DNA from: Chrysomallon squamiferum
Taxonomy: Eukaryota > Animalia > Mollusca
Length of the DNA stretch: 64,000 nucleotides
Assembly: GCA_012295275.1 (NCBI GenBank)
Contig: CM022677.1
Coordinates: forward strand, 22,630,001-22,694,000
Direction: 5' to 3'
Position numbers and translations under genes: made by a program. Shown piece after piece: positions 1 through 13,719 of the stretch. How positions within the stretch are numbered: the stretch's first letter is position 1; every line of letters starts with the position of its first letter. The notes beneath the pieces are model-generated. The model saw only the letters and a program-made list of their open reading frames with translations. It was not told the origin of the DNA and ran no database searches.

Positions 1-90
1 AGACTCACAAAGAAAAAGAAACAATTTTTGTCTACTCCATTTTCAGTTCTCTCATATATTATTAATGACAGTAATACTAGTTCTACTTTT

Positions 91-131
<41 letters not shown>

Positions 132-243
132 CATCATCATCATCATCATCATTATTATCATCATCATCATCATCATCATCATTATTATTATTGTTATTAT
201 TAGTTTTATTGTCATTATTAATCTTTTTTCTTATTTATTTCAG

Positions 244-1583
244 CTGGAAAGGGAGGTCACATTTCACTTCTCAGTTCTGTTTGTGAGAGTCTGAAAAACT
301 TTAAAGAAATACTTAAGTCAGAGATGGATGAAAATATTGAGAAACTTCGACAAGACGTGGACGTCAACGTCGTGGACACTACAGCAGAGGTCAGAAGGAT
401 TGGTAACACACTAATCTCAGATTTTACTGCCGCAGTCCACAAAGAACAAGACAGGTTAATAAAAGAAATAGAAAAATCTCAGAACAATCTAAATTCACGA
501 ATAGAAGAATTATTTATTGATCACAAACGTGTGATTGAGGAAAACGTAAAAATGATCAAACTTGGTGAAGATTTGATAAAACGAAAATCAGAGTCTGATA
601 TTAAAGTTAATATTTCAAAATTCACCAAACTTCAAAACACAACTTCAGAGTTTATGGCCAGATCTCTTTCAAAAGTTGATAAATTTAAATTTAAAATAAA
701 TCTGAGAAAATCTGAGAAAAACATAGAAATGTCTGTGAACATTGGAGAAATTTCTACAAACATCCAATCAGACACACAGATAGACAGACTAGCAGACACA
801 CTCAAACACACAGAAACCATTAACACAAAAACAAAAGAAGATACAAAAAACCCTTGGCTGGTTTCCATCCTGGTGTCTGGTGAGGACAACAATAAAATAG
901 TTTTTAGTGATTATGACAACAGCTGTGTAAAATGTTTGTTTTTGAGAAGAAAATCAGTGATAAAACTTGTAACGTCCTCTCCACCGTGCGGTCTCGCTAA
1001 ATCACGTGATCGGCAGGCTGTTGTTCTTGTTGTTCTGCCACGTGAAAATAAAATATTGTTTTTAAATTCAGAAAACTTCAAAATAATCAAAAGTATTGCA
1101 ACAAATAAAGAGTACTGGTATATTGCTGCGTTACCCGGCAACCGTCTCGCAGTCACTGGTTGTCAGGAAATAGACATACTGACAGACACGGGTCAGCTCA
1201 TTAATTCTGTGTCAGCAGATTTGATCTTCGAACCCTCTTGTCTCACAATTCATGATCAGTGTCTCATTATTGTGTCAGAGAAAGAAAATGTAAACAGTTT
1301 ATTGTGTTTGACGTCAGCAGGTGACGTCAAATGGGAGTCACGTGATTCAAACAGACTGAAAGCATTGAGAGGTGTTACATGTGACATGGAGGGGAATATT
1401 TATGTTTGTGATTTTAGCAGAAATTGTGTTGTTCAGTTGTCGCAGGATGGAAAAATTCTACGTGACATCCTCACTGACCAGGACGGACTGTCCAGTCCTT
1501 GGTCTGTCTGTTGTCATGGTAACAAACTGTATGTGGGAAAGTTAAACGGAGAACTACAAATATTTACTTGGTGTAAAAAGTAA
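244..1583 (+). CDS. RING-coiled-coil-NHL-like (TRIM-like) E3 ligase, copy 1; last coding exon only (RING exon lies upstream of the window)
   Basis: Acceptor tttcag|ctggaaaggg at 243/244 matches the paralogs. Open frame to TAA at 1583. Coiled-coil-like N-part, then NHL-like blades (LRGVTCDMEGNIYVCDFSRNCVVQL, PWSVCCHGNKLYV). Confidence 0.88.
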
Positions 1584-1780
1584 ACTTCAAACTGTTTGTT
1601 TCTCCTTAACTATTTTTTCTTTAGAGGAAATGATAAACAAACAAACAAACAAACAAAATAAAGCAATACAATTTATTTATTTATTTATTTACTGTTTCGT
1701 TTAAACTTATTAAATTACATTTTAAACAGAAAGAACATCTGATTTACTATAAAAATTTCCATCTAATTTTGTTATTTAAA

Positions 1781-1850
<70 letters not shown>

Positions 1851-2205
1851 CTAGTCCATGAACATGAAAGGATACGACGTTGTTTCTATACTTGTATATA
1901 TTTCCATCTGATCAAAAAAAAAAAAAAAAAAAAAAAAATTGTAATAAAATATAAGTATTATGATAACAATTAAATTCTTCTGTCATTATTTCAATTTAAT
2001 ATGTTTCTTAAATTTTAGACGTAATTAATGTGTATATTACTTAATGAAAATGAAAATGAACAAATAACAGCCAACATTTCATTTTGAATAATTTAGCATG
2101 CTTTTTTATTTATTTATTTTCTTTCTTCTTCTTCTTCTTCTTTTGTTATTATTATTATTATTATTACTACTACTACTACTACTACTATTGTATGTATTAT
2201 TATTG

Positions 2206-2243
<38 letters not shown>

Positions 2244-2414
2244 TATATCCTGACATCTTACATTTATTTTGTTTCTACTTTGTTTCCCATCTCTAAATTG
2301 TTGCACGTCAATAAACAAATAAAATGTTTTCTTCTTATTTTTATTTACTGAATTCAAATTAGTTTAAAGCTATTCCTTAAAGGGAAATAAACAAACAAAA
2401 CCATAATAATAATA

Positions 2415-2448
<34 letters not shown>

Positions 2449-3282
2449 CACTGATAATAACTGTAATAATATAAACAATACTGACGATGGTGACTACGAT
2501 AATAACGAAAGTAAGTGTGTAAAACTGAATTCGTGTTCTTTATAAATGTTGGTGTTAACTATCACTTTTACAAATTATTTTAAAAAGTGTTTCTCATAAT
2601 GACAACTATTTTTTTTCGACACCATTTAAATTAGCTGACCCTCTCTAGGCTAGTAGGAATTCTGTTTCAATTTGTTTTTATCCAGTTTGAGGCCTTTTTT
2701 CTTATGTATATTCAGGTATGCATGTATGCGTATGTAAGCATGAATATATGTATCTATATAGGTATAAATGTATGTATGTATGTGTGTACGAATGTATGTA
2801 TTCGATAAAAGGACACATTAGGACAAAGAGAAAGCTAGATAGATTGAGGGAAAGATCAAATGAGAGAGAAATACAAAGACGAAGAAAGAGAAAGACAGAG
2901 AGAGAATGAAACAATGGAGAAATGCATACACAGAGAGAGAGACAGAGAGAGACACACACAGAGAGACAGACCGAGAGAGACAGAGAAAGACACACACAGA
3001 GAGACAGACCGAGAGAGACAGAGATAGGGAGAGAGAGACAGACAGACAGAGAGAGGCAGAGAAAGAGAAAAACAGAGACAGATAGACAAACAAAGAGAGA
3101 CAGAGATACAGAGAGGGACACAGACAGAGAGAGTCAGAGAGGGAGGGCGAGAGAGACAGACAGACATACAGACAGATAGCCAGACAGAGAGAGAGAGGGG
3201 GGAGAGTTTCAAACATTTCAAAGCCAAAATAAAGAAACAGCGGTCAAGAGCGGTCAATATTAATAAATAAATAAAATCCCAT

Positions 3283-3325
<43 letters not shown>

Positions 3326-4715
3326 TTGTGTATGTCTGATTTATTCATAATTCATGTCATTTACTGTCAATGAGCAAAGTAACCGAAAATGTCCTCACTC
3401 TCTTTCTTTGTGTTAATAAAGTTGACTTTGTACTGAAGTTAACTTGCAATGCATCTGAGACAACCAAGTCAGCTTTAGTCTTGACAAAAGAAATTAGTAA
3501 TCAGACTATAATTAATATCTGTCTTAATATCACGTTAATTACGCACAATTTGAAGACAGATAACAAGTATTTCAAACTGTGGTCGTATAAATATTCTGAT
3601 TGACAATGAACTGGTTGTTCAAATGCAAACAAATTAAATAAGTTAAATGGAGGACATTTGACATTAAGTAATGAATAATTTGATTATAGAGAATTTAGAA
3701 TTTATAACTGAATTGTTATTATTATTATTATTATTATTATTGTTGTTGTTGTTGTTGTTGTTGTTTGTTGTTGTTATCATCATCACATGGTAGTGGCAGC
3801 TGTAGAAGTAGTAACAGCTGTCCTTGTATTTGCATTTATACCTCTTTATCATCATCATCATCATCATCACTTTTAGTATTAGTATCAAATATTTTAAATT
3901 ACATTAAGCTATTAAAAAAGGTTTATTCTTTGTACTCAGTATTATCTTGAATAGAAAGATTAATCAAGATTTAAGTAACTGATCTGTGTCAGCTCATTGT
4001 TTGAGGGAGAAATATTTGATATCAGGTTCGTACCAAGAGTAAATCTTGATTGTTTTTTTGTGTGAGTCTTTTCTGTTTGTTTTTTTTGTTTGTTATTTTT
4101 GTTGTTTCATTGTTGTTTTTCATATAAGCCGTATAGACATCAGAATTAACCTTCAAATTCCCTCTGTATTGTGCACTAACAATAATAGCAGTAACGATTT
4201 TAGCACAACACCGTTATTAACAACAGTAGTAGTAGTACGTTGTTGTTGTTGTTGTTTTTGTTTTGATGTGCCTGTCTGTAAATTGAAATGTAAGTTAACA
4301 CCGGCAACAGTGTTCCAGTAAATGTTGTAGTAGCAGTTGTAATATTAGACGTAACTGTGTTTCTAATAAGTAAATATGTAAATAACATATTTACATATTT
4401 ATTTATTTACAAGCCTGGATCTGGATGTTTTATTTCATGTTAAAAAGAAAAGATAAATATGTAGTGTTGACATATATAAATATCAGTTTACTAAATAAGG
4501 TCATGGTTTTAAACTGGTACACACCTCATCTGAGTTTTGTCTCCATCACGAGATGGTCAAAATTCTCGTCAAGCGGGTATATTAGGTCACGTATTTGTGT
4601 GTTTGTCTCATAGAACTGAAAACTGGTTTCAACAACAACACAGCCTGATTGTCTTCTTCTTAGAAAATATACAACCTGGTAAGGATCCGTTTTGTTTTAT
4701 ATAAGTTGTATTTAA

Positions 4716-4835
<120 letters not shown>

Positions 4836-5778
4836 TAAAGGGTTACATGTAGTTGTATTTTGTTATTGCTGTTGCTGTTTATTTGTTGTTTCTTTTAGTA
4901 GCAATAACTTACGTTTAAGTGACTATTCACTTATTTGTTTACCGCCCCTACCACGGCAAGTTAAAATAAAACTTTGTATTTTAAATTATGATCTTAACAA
5001 AATTTCTGTACATAATTTGATGTTTTAGGTTACACTGACAGGGTGTGGCTCACTGGTTAGAGAAAAGTGTTTGGCGCGATGTTGTCGCATTTTTCCTTCG
5101 CAAAAACAATTCTGCGATTATTTTATCAAGAGTCGTGGTATCTGGTTATTGATATAACAAACCCGCCCCACCGCGTGAAGTGATTTCTTTCTTCTGTGAC
5201 GCTTTAACCACACGCACTGAATTCACAACACTGTGAGTTTTGTCCTCGTTCTACAGCAGTGTCGTTTCTGAGAAACGTCAATTCATAATTATTACATTTA
5301 ATAAATGCATTTCCATTAAGCACAAATGTCTTGTATTTTAGACGTTTTGATTTTCATTAAAGGTTTTCTTACAAAACGTGTTGTTTCGGTTACTTAGAAT
5401 GGCAGAAATAGTCACGTGACAAATCACCTTGCTGCACTCCAGATATAATACATTTTTTTAATTTAATTTAATTTAATTTTTTTTTTTTTTTTATCTAATT
5501 TTCTTTATTTCTTTTTCATTTTTTTCAAAGGTTTCCTTCATATATTTTTCAAAATTAAATTTCATTTTTATTTCAGTTTATAGTAGAATTGTCCTCTTCC
5601 ATCTCAGTTAAAAAATGTGACGACACAAAGCGACATTTAGAATGTTTGTCATTTGTTTCTAAATAAATAAATAATTTGTTTTATATTGTACCTTAATTAC
5701 TGGACTACACTCGGAGGTTCTCTAATCAGTTTATTTAACGATTTTGTTATTGCTACAGTATTTTTTTTTTTCTCAGAT

Positions 5779-7909
5779 ATGGCAACAGCTTCAAGTTCCG
5801 ATGATCAAATGCTTTGTTATCTTTGTCTGAACGTTTTCCACAATCCACGTTGTCTTTTATGTGGACATTCCTTCTGCACGAAATGCCTGCATGAACATAT
5901 AAATACAAATTATCAAATCAACGACAGACAAATCACGTGCCCGTATTGCATGCAAGAGGTGCAGATACCAGACAGAACGAAACCAGTGGAAACATGGGCA
6001 GCTCAGTTTCCTGTAAACATTTCTTTACAGGAGGCAATTAGCAAACTGGAACGTTCAAAGATGTGTGAGTGAGCAGTGCTGTGTTTAGATACAGTGATTA
6101 TTTAATTAGTAATATTTATGTATTAACCATCGCTGCAGGCTGCTAAATTAAAAATACAAATTTTGTCTATACCGTTTCTTCACAAAATCTTTAAATCAAC
6201 TGATAACAAATTATATAACCTTTCACACTGAGCCCATATTTTACTAATAGCAGTAACACTAGTTCTATTGTTTCTCTTTATTATCATTATTTACTATTAT
6301 TACTATTATTATTGTGTTTGTATTATTTATTTATTTATTTATTTCAGCTGGAAAGGGAGGTCACATTTCAGTTCTGAGTTCTGTTAGTGACAGTCTGAAA
6401 ACCTTTAGAGAAATTCTTCAGTCAGAGATGGATGAAAATATTGAGAAACTTCGGCAAGACGTCGACATCAACGTGGTGGAGACTACAGAAGAAGTTAAAA
6501 GGATTGGTAACAAATTAATCTTAGAATTTACAGACGCTGTCCATAAAGAGGAAGATAGGCTAATAAAAGAAATAGAAAAATCTGTAAACTTAGAAATAGA
6601 AAAAATGTTTACTGAACACAAACATCTGATCGAGGAAAACGAAAAATTGATCAAATTAGGTGAACATTTGTTAAAAAGTGACTCAGAGTCTGAAATTAAA
6701 ACTAATATTCCAAAATTCACCGAACTTCAAAATACAACGTCAAAGTTTTTGGCCAAATCTCTTTCAAAAATTGATAAAGCCAAGGTTCAAATAAACCTGA
6801 GAAAATGTGATAAAAAGAAAGAAATGTCTGTCGACATTGGAGAAATTTACGCTAGCATCCAAACAGACACAGGATTAGAGAGACTGACAGACACATGCCA
6901 GCATACAAACACCATCAACACAACAACACAGAACACAGACACACAGATATACAAACTGACAGACACACTGAAACACACAGACACCATCAACACAACAACA
7001 CAGCAGATAGACACACAGATAGACAGACTGACAGACACACTGAAACACAAAGACACCATCAACACAACAACACATCACACAGACACACAGATAGACAAAC
7101 TGACAGACACACTGAAATACACAGACACCATTAACACAAAAACACAAAAAGATATGTTAAATCCTTGGCTATTCTCCATCCTGGTGTCAGGTGAGGACAA
7201 GAGTAAAATTGTTGTCAGTGATTATAACAATGAATGTGTAAAATGTTTTTGTTTAGAAAGAAAATCAGTAATAAACAAACATGCAACGTCCTCGCAACCT
7301 TGCGGTGTTGCTGAATTTCGTGATCCACATGGTGTTGCTGTTGTTGTTACTCTCCCATTTAAAAAGAAAATATTATTCTTAAATTTGGAAAATTTCAAAC
7401 TGATCAAAACTATCACAACTGACAAACAATATTTCTTTGTGGTTGTGCTACCCGGGAACCGTCTCGCGGTCACTGGTTTGTATAGTGGTCAGTACTTGGA
7501 CATACTGACAGACAATGGTCAGCTTATTAATTCTTTCTCAGAAGATTTGATCCCCAAACCGGCCTGTCTTACAGTTCACGATCAATGTCTGACTGTTGTG
7601 TCAAAGACAGAAAGTGTAAACAGTTTATTTTGTATGACGTCATCAGGTGACGTCAAATGGATGTCACGTGATTCAGACAGACTGCGAGACTTGAGAGGTG
7701 TTACATGTGACAGGGAGGGGAATATCTTTGTTTGTGATTTTAGAAGAAATTGTGTTGTGCAGTTGTTACGGAACGGAAAGTTTCTACGTGACGTCCTCAC
7801 TGACCAAGATGGACTGTCCGGACCTTGGTCTGTCTGTTGTCATGGTAACACTTTGTATGTGACACAGAACACAGGAGAAATAAAAACATTTACTTGGTGT
7901 AAAACGTAA
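5779..7909 (+). CDS. RING-coiled-coil-NHL-like (TRIM-like) E3 ligase, copy 2, ~615 aa
   Basis: Exons 5779-6064 (MATASSSDD, C3HC4 RING CYLC-x11-CGHSFCTKC-x17-CPYC) and 6348-7909. Phase-1 intron gtgagt...tttcag; frame continuous. The linker has four 24-aa repeats. Confidence 0.9.
6864..7150 (+). repeat. In-frame 72-bp (24-aa) tandem repeat x4 in the linker of TRIM-like copy 2
   Basis: a(g/a)actgacagacaca recurs at 6881, 6953, 7025 and 7097. Protein unit ~TDTQIDRLTDTLKHTDTINTTTQQ. Confidence 0.9.
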
Positions 7910-8757
7910 ACTTCAAACTGTCTGCTAAGCTGTTTTCATCTTAACTGTTTTGGAATCAAAATTCGACAGACATTTCTTTCTTTACATGAACTGTAAAACA
8001 AACCAAAAATTCAGATAAACTGTTAATTTAAATATGTTTCAACTTATTTCCTTTATCAAAAAAAAAAAAAAAAAACAACTAAATCACTGTTTCGTTTAAA
8101 CTTACTAAATTAAACTTTAAAGACTAAAAAACACCTGATTTACTTTTTATATTTGTACCTAGTTTTGTCATTTTGTCAAAGAATATATGTTTCGTCTTAA
8201 GGCTTGTTAACAATAAATAAATAAATAAATAAATATAAATAAATAAATACGTTATTCACTATTTTTGAAATAAAGGAAGTAAATTAATAACAAAATTACT
8301 GCTTGCTGCTGATGGAAGTTATTAATTCAGTTAATTAATTAATTATGTAAACTAGTATATTTCAAAGAATGTGATATATTATGTATACCTTGTACATACC
8401 CCAGTGTAATGCAATAAATTATTTGTATTATGATAAAATAAAATCATTCTGTCATAATTTCATTTAAATTTGTTTCTTAATTTCTCTCTCTGTACCACGT
8501 ATTTAATGTATATAATATTTTATAAATATGAGTATTAACAAATATATATTTCCATTTTAATTATTTGGGATGTTGATTTATGTATTTGTTTGTTTGTTTG
8601 TTCCGTTTTATTTTGTTTTACTTATTTTATTTTATTTTATTTTTTATTTCATTTATTTATTTATCGTTTTATGTGCGCACATGCAAGTGTACTTGTTAGT
8701 GTGATTTATTAAAAAAATGTTACATTATCATTAGTGACCACATTTCAAGGAAAACAC

Positions 8758-8853
<96 letters not shown>

Positions 8854-10337
8854 AGGTCGTGATATCACTAACACGTGTTTTAATAACAAGTTAAAAATGC
8901 ACAAGCTGAACAGAGATGACAAATATTTCAAACATTGTTGTATTCCACCTGTCACGCGGTCAGTGGATTGTTAGACAGAGAAATATTTGATATCAGTATC
9001 AGCTCTGTACCCTGATTAAATCTTGAGACTGGGCGATATTGTTACAAAATTTGTTGTAAACATCTTGCTTCTTTTGTGTTGCATATATAAATATATCAAT
9101 ATAGATATATTGCTATTTTGTTGTCATGATTTGTTATTAATTAAGATTGGATGGGTAGCACGACTTCAAGAAAATAACAAATCACTGAGTATTTATATAT
9201 ATATATATCAGGTTTCTGACATGAAATGTAAAATACAATAAACACCTCGTTTTTATTTTTCTTCCAGTCATATTTATTAATTCAGTGTAAAAAGATAAAA
9301 CAACTGTAATAAACTTTAAAAACAATAAATATTAAAAAGCATAAAAAAGCAAAAAAGAACAAGAAGAAAACACACACGCACAAAAAAAAAAGCATAAAAT
9401 AAAAAATCGCCCACAATACAGAAACGGAATAAACAAACAAATAAATAAATAAATAGATAAATAAATAAATAAATAAATGGAATCAGAAGATGTAATGAAA
9501 ACACCTTAAAAACTACTTTAAATCTGACGATATATATGAACACATATTATTTCATTATTAAATAATATATGTCATATTTCAGTTCCTATAATCATTATCT
9601 ATCTGTCCATCTGTCTGTCTATCTGTCTGTCTGTCTGTCTGTCTGTCTGCCTCTCTATCTTTGGATCTATCTGCATAAAAATACACAGATACATTTAAAC
9701 GTATTTTTAAACGGTGCTATTTTGTTGTCGTGATTCGTTATTAATTAAGATTGGATGGGTAGTACGACTTCAAGAAAATAATAAAGCACTGAGTAATTAT
9801 ATTACCTCTTCCCCTACTAATAAATATGAAATTTCCAACAACTAAGTCTTTGCTAACAATTGATACAGACTGAAAATACAGGAATGTAAATCGTTTTCTT
9901 GTAAGAGATCATCAGCTTTTTAACTGTAGTATGATTTCTCCTATTGACTTGTCTGCTCTCTTTAAATGTACTAGATGAAGGGAGATAATTTGTTTACGGC
10001 TTAAGCAGTATCCGAATTTTTGTACTATCTTATTATGGAATTATTTCCCTTGATTAGCAATCACCTAATACAGAATGATCTAATTATATTAATTAATTAA
10101 GTGTGGTTAGATACATGTCTAACGTACATACAAACATACGTACATACCTCCATAGATGCGTGTTTGTGTGTGTGTATTACACACACACACACACGCGCGC
10201 GCACACACATTATACATTTATAACAAAAACGTTTAGAATAAGTTAAACAGTACACTTTTGTCCACAGCTCGAACTTACTAAATCACGTGATCAACATTTT
10301 ATTTTAATACCAGGCGTTAAATTATTTAATGTCTCTC

Positions 10338-10382
<45 letters not shown>

Positions 10383-11631
10383 GGAAGTATTATACTGTTA
10401 TTTTTATGTGTAATCGTTAAAAGAAAATCAGTCACATTTTTTATATGATGATGAAAATAGAATTATGTTTTTTTATAATTTCTTCCATGAACTGCTTCCT
10501 ACAAGCTCCCCCCCATCTCGCCGATGATAACAGCTGTTTCAGGAAACTGAACATACATCGTCTGATTCTATTTCTGACGTATCTTTCAAATGATAGTCTG
10601 ATAACAGTTCAAATTAATCTTCAAAACAAAAATAATTATAAAAAAGAAACATTGTATTATCCCCCCAAATATTCAACAGTGCGACAAGTTCGAGAATTTT
10701 CCTTTCCCTGTTTTTCTGTCACACACGACGCTGATTTTCGTGAACGACCAAAGTTTCACAATTTAAAACTGTTCACATTTAAAAGTATAAAAGAATGTTA
10801 GATTACAGCTAATTGCTTGATAAAATAATTAAAATTAATATTTTTTCAATACTAATAAAAGAGATGAATACAAAAGCAGTCTCACTTACTTCATTTTACA
10901 AATCTTCTACATTTTTATGATCTCACTGAATGACGTCATATAATGTTATACTTACCAAAACTACAGGAAAAACAACTTATTTAAAATAAAAATCTAACAA
11001 AATTGTAAAATATAATTCTGTACAATTTATTTATTTGAAATTTGAAGATTTGTTTTTTAAATGATCTACTTCTGTTTTATTATTGTTATTATTATTATTA
11101 TTATCATCATCATCATTAATCATCATTATTATTATTATCATCATTATTATTATTATCATCATCATTATCATGATGAATATATAAATTTGATTAACGCTGA
11201 TCTTGTTTGAGAAACTCACTTTTGATTAGCATCTGAATTAACACAACATACCTGTGAATAGTGAGATTTTACCTTAGTAAATACATTATTTTTGTTTATA
11301 TATTTTTTTTTATGATGATGATTGTTTAAATACTATTTCAAACCTTGTAAGATTCATTAAATGAGTGCGGTCACGTGATTAATCCAAGTCTTTTCTCTGT
11401 ACCAGTCTTACCTTCAGTACGATTCAGTTCACTGCGAAATTTGAACAAGATTTATTTTTTGTTGGACGTCCGAAATCACGTGGTCAGCTGACTGTTGTCG
11501 TGAATCAAAAGACAGAAATAGTTGATATCAATGTCAGGTCCCAGACCGGCTAATATTGAGATTCGGCGACATGCGCACTCCGAACTTTTCTTATAGCATA
11601 TTTCTAATGTGCATTACATGGAACCCTATGT

Positions 11632-11720
<89 letters not shown>

Positions 11721-12523
11721 TATATATGCATCTCTCTATCAATGTATCCATACATGTTTGTATCCATCTTCGCATTTCTAAATGCATGTATGTATGTGTA
11801 AATGTAATTATGAATATATGTATCTATATATGCATTTTGGTATGTATGTTTGTATCTATGTATGTATGATTGTATGTATGTATGTATGTATGTATGTATG
11901 TATGTTTGTATCTATGTATGTATCTATGTATGTATGTATGTATGTATGTATGTATATTTGTATGTTTGGAGGTAGACAGGTAAACAGACCTGATGACGTA
12001 TGTATCCACAGATATATTTATGTATCTATTTCACGGTTTCTAACTTCACTTTAATAATATTTCAAATTAATAACTCATTTAAGATACTAAAATACCACAT
12101 TTATATAAATCTACGTGTGAATATTCTCAATATAAAACTTTCACTTTTACCATACTGCATATCAGAAAAGTTCAAATGACATTAAACAAAAAACAGAAGT
12201 AATTTTCTTAAAGTTGTGATATCATTTTATTTTTTCACACACGAGAATATGATGTTCGTTGACATATTACCTGAAAATACAAAACAGCTAATGAAACTGA
12301 AATATATAAGAAGAAAATTATAATTATGAAATGGAAACAGAATCATTAATAGATAAATATGAGTCATTCTTGATGTACTCTGAATGAAAGTTGTCATAAA
12401 CAGAGTTGAAATTATTTCTTCAGCCACTGTGTAAGTGTGCTACATTAAACTAAACAAAATATTAACTGACATCTTGTAAACGCATTAATTAACTCTGTGG
12501 AATAAATATATTTTCTCACCTTT

Positions 12524-12970
12524 TCAATATGCGTTGTATCCGCCTCCGTATTGGTTTCCGTATCCTCCGTATCCGCCTCCGTATCCACCTCCGTATCCAC
12601 CTCCGTATCCACCTCCGTTATTTCCGTATCCTCCCCCATATCCACCTCCGTATCCTCCTCCAAATCCTCCTTTACCTCCTCCAAATCCTCCCCATCCTCC
12701 TCCGTATCCTCCTTTACCTCCTCCGAAACCTCCCCAGCCTCCTCCGTGTCCCCCTTTACCTCCTCCAAATCCTCCCCATCCTCCTCCGTGTCCTCCTCCA
12801 AATCCTCCCCAGCCTCCTCCGTGTCCTCCTCCGAAACCTCCCCATCCACCTAAACCTCCTAAACCTCCATTACCTTTTCCGTAATATCCACCAGAGTTTC
12901 CATAATAGGTTTGTCCGGCACAGGCAAGAGACAAGCAGACAGCAAGAACGACGAAAACAGCTTTCATCAT
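12524..12970 (-). CDS. Secreted glycine-rich protein (signal peptide plus GGW/GGF/GGY repeats), copy 1, 148 aa
   Basis: Signal-peptide-like MMKAVFVVLAVCLSLACAG; GGWGGFGGG(H/K) then GGGY repeats. Acceptor just 5' of the ATG (exon starts 12979). AATAAA on the - strand at 12226-12231. Three conserved paralogs. Confidence 0.9.
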   Translation of the reverse strand: MMKAVFVVLAVCLSLACAGQTYYGNSGGYYGKGNGGLGGLGGWGGFGGGHGGGWGGFGGGHGGGWGGFGGGKGGHGGGWGGFGGGKGGYGGGWGGFGGGKGGFGGGYGGGYGGGYGNNGGGYGGGYGGGYGGGYGGYGNQYGGGYNAY

Positions 12971-13345
12971 TTTAAATGTCTAAAATAAAACAAGAACTAA
13001 AATGTTAATTTTTATTTTAATTTTTACTTTTATTTCTTTTCTTTTCTTTATCGTAAGTTTTCACTAAGTCATATTATGTTGTGAGAACATAAAACTAAAT
13101 TTAATGTTTGTAACTTGAGCTGAATCAAATACTAAATGAAATTCTTTCTGATGAAAATACGATAGAGATAGAAAAATTCGTAGATTTTCAATACGTTATA
13201 ATAATTTACATCTGAAATTAGTAATTTGCCTTATAGTCTAGTAATCATTGAAACATGAATAACAATTGTTTAAGCTTAATGATATTTCAGTACATTAGTA
13301 ATTAAAGAAGTAAACAAAAACCAAACTATTGACCAGTTTACTTAC

Positions 13346-13476
13346 TGTGTTGGTTTCCAGATTAATTCTGATGTGTTCTCTTCCCTGCTCTATTTATACA
13401 ACAAAGTTTATTACTTAGATTGATCGTGACGTCATATTATGCAACATTTGATTCATGTGAAACTTTGATTGATTGG
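13346..13476 (-). promoter_or_regulatory. Core promoter and short non-coding exon 1 of Gly-rich gene 1
   Basis: On the - strand: TATAAATA (13398-13391), Inr-like TCAGAA ~29 nt downstream (~13369), donor gtaagt at 13345, CRE palindrome TGACGTCA at 13427-13434, CCAAT at 13476-13472. Same layout in the paralogs. Confidence 0.75.
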
Positions 13477-13719
13477 AAATCCATCAATTTGCTTTGGTGT
13501 CACAATTTATTAAAGATTGATGATAATTATTATTTCTCCCATCAGCTTTAGTTTTCTCTGCGTTTACGAATAAATTAAAAAATGATTTCATCCGCTTTAA
13601 AAAAAAAAAAAACACTAGAATGTTGTTCAAGCGAATAAATTATTTTATCTCTTGTTTTCTTTTGTTTGTTTGTTTCAATCTAATCTGAATGAATTATTAT
13701 TATTATTATTTACGATCTG

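Noticed and set aside
2084-3257. ORFs of poly-Y/N/I, (ER)n, (SL)n or (VC)n here and throughout the window
   Set aside because: Translations of (ATT)n, (GA)n, (CA)n and (TATG)n microsatellites.
5686-5778. N-terminal extensions of the RING ORFs in the ORF track (also 34383-34673, 41526-41558, 6314-6347, 24652-24796)
   Set aside because: They lie upstream of conserved splice acceptors and are not conserved between paralogs, so they are intronic.
12227-12427. Conserved - strand ORF MAEEIISTLFMTTF in all three Gly-rich loci
   Set aside because: It starts at GTG and lies between the stop codon and AATAAA, i.e. in the shared 3' UTR. The C-terminal frame differs between copies.
12529-12975. Pro-rich extensin-like, Ser-rich and acidic ORFs overlapping the Gly-rich genes (also at 17.7-18.1 kb and 61.7-62.2 kb)
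   Set aside because: Antisense or alternative-frame shadows of GGA repeats. Only the Gly frame has a signal peptide, splice acceptor, promoter and poly(A) signal.
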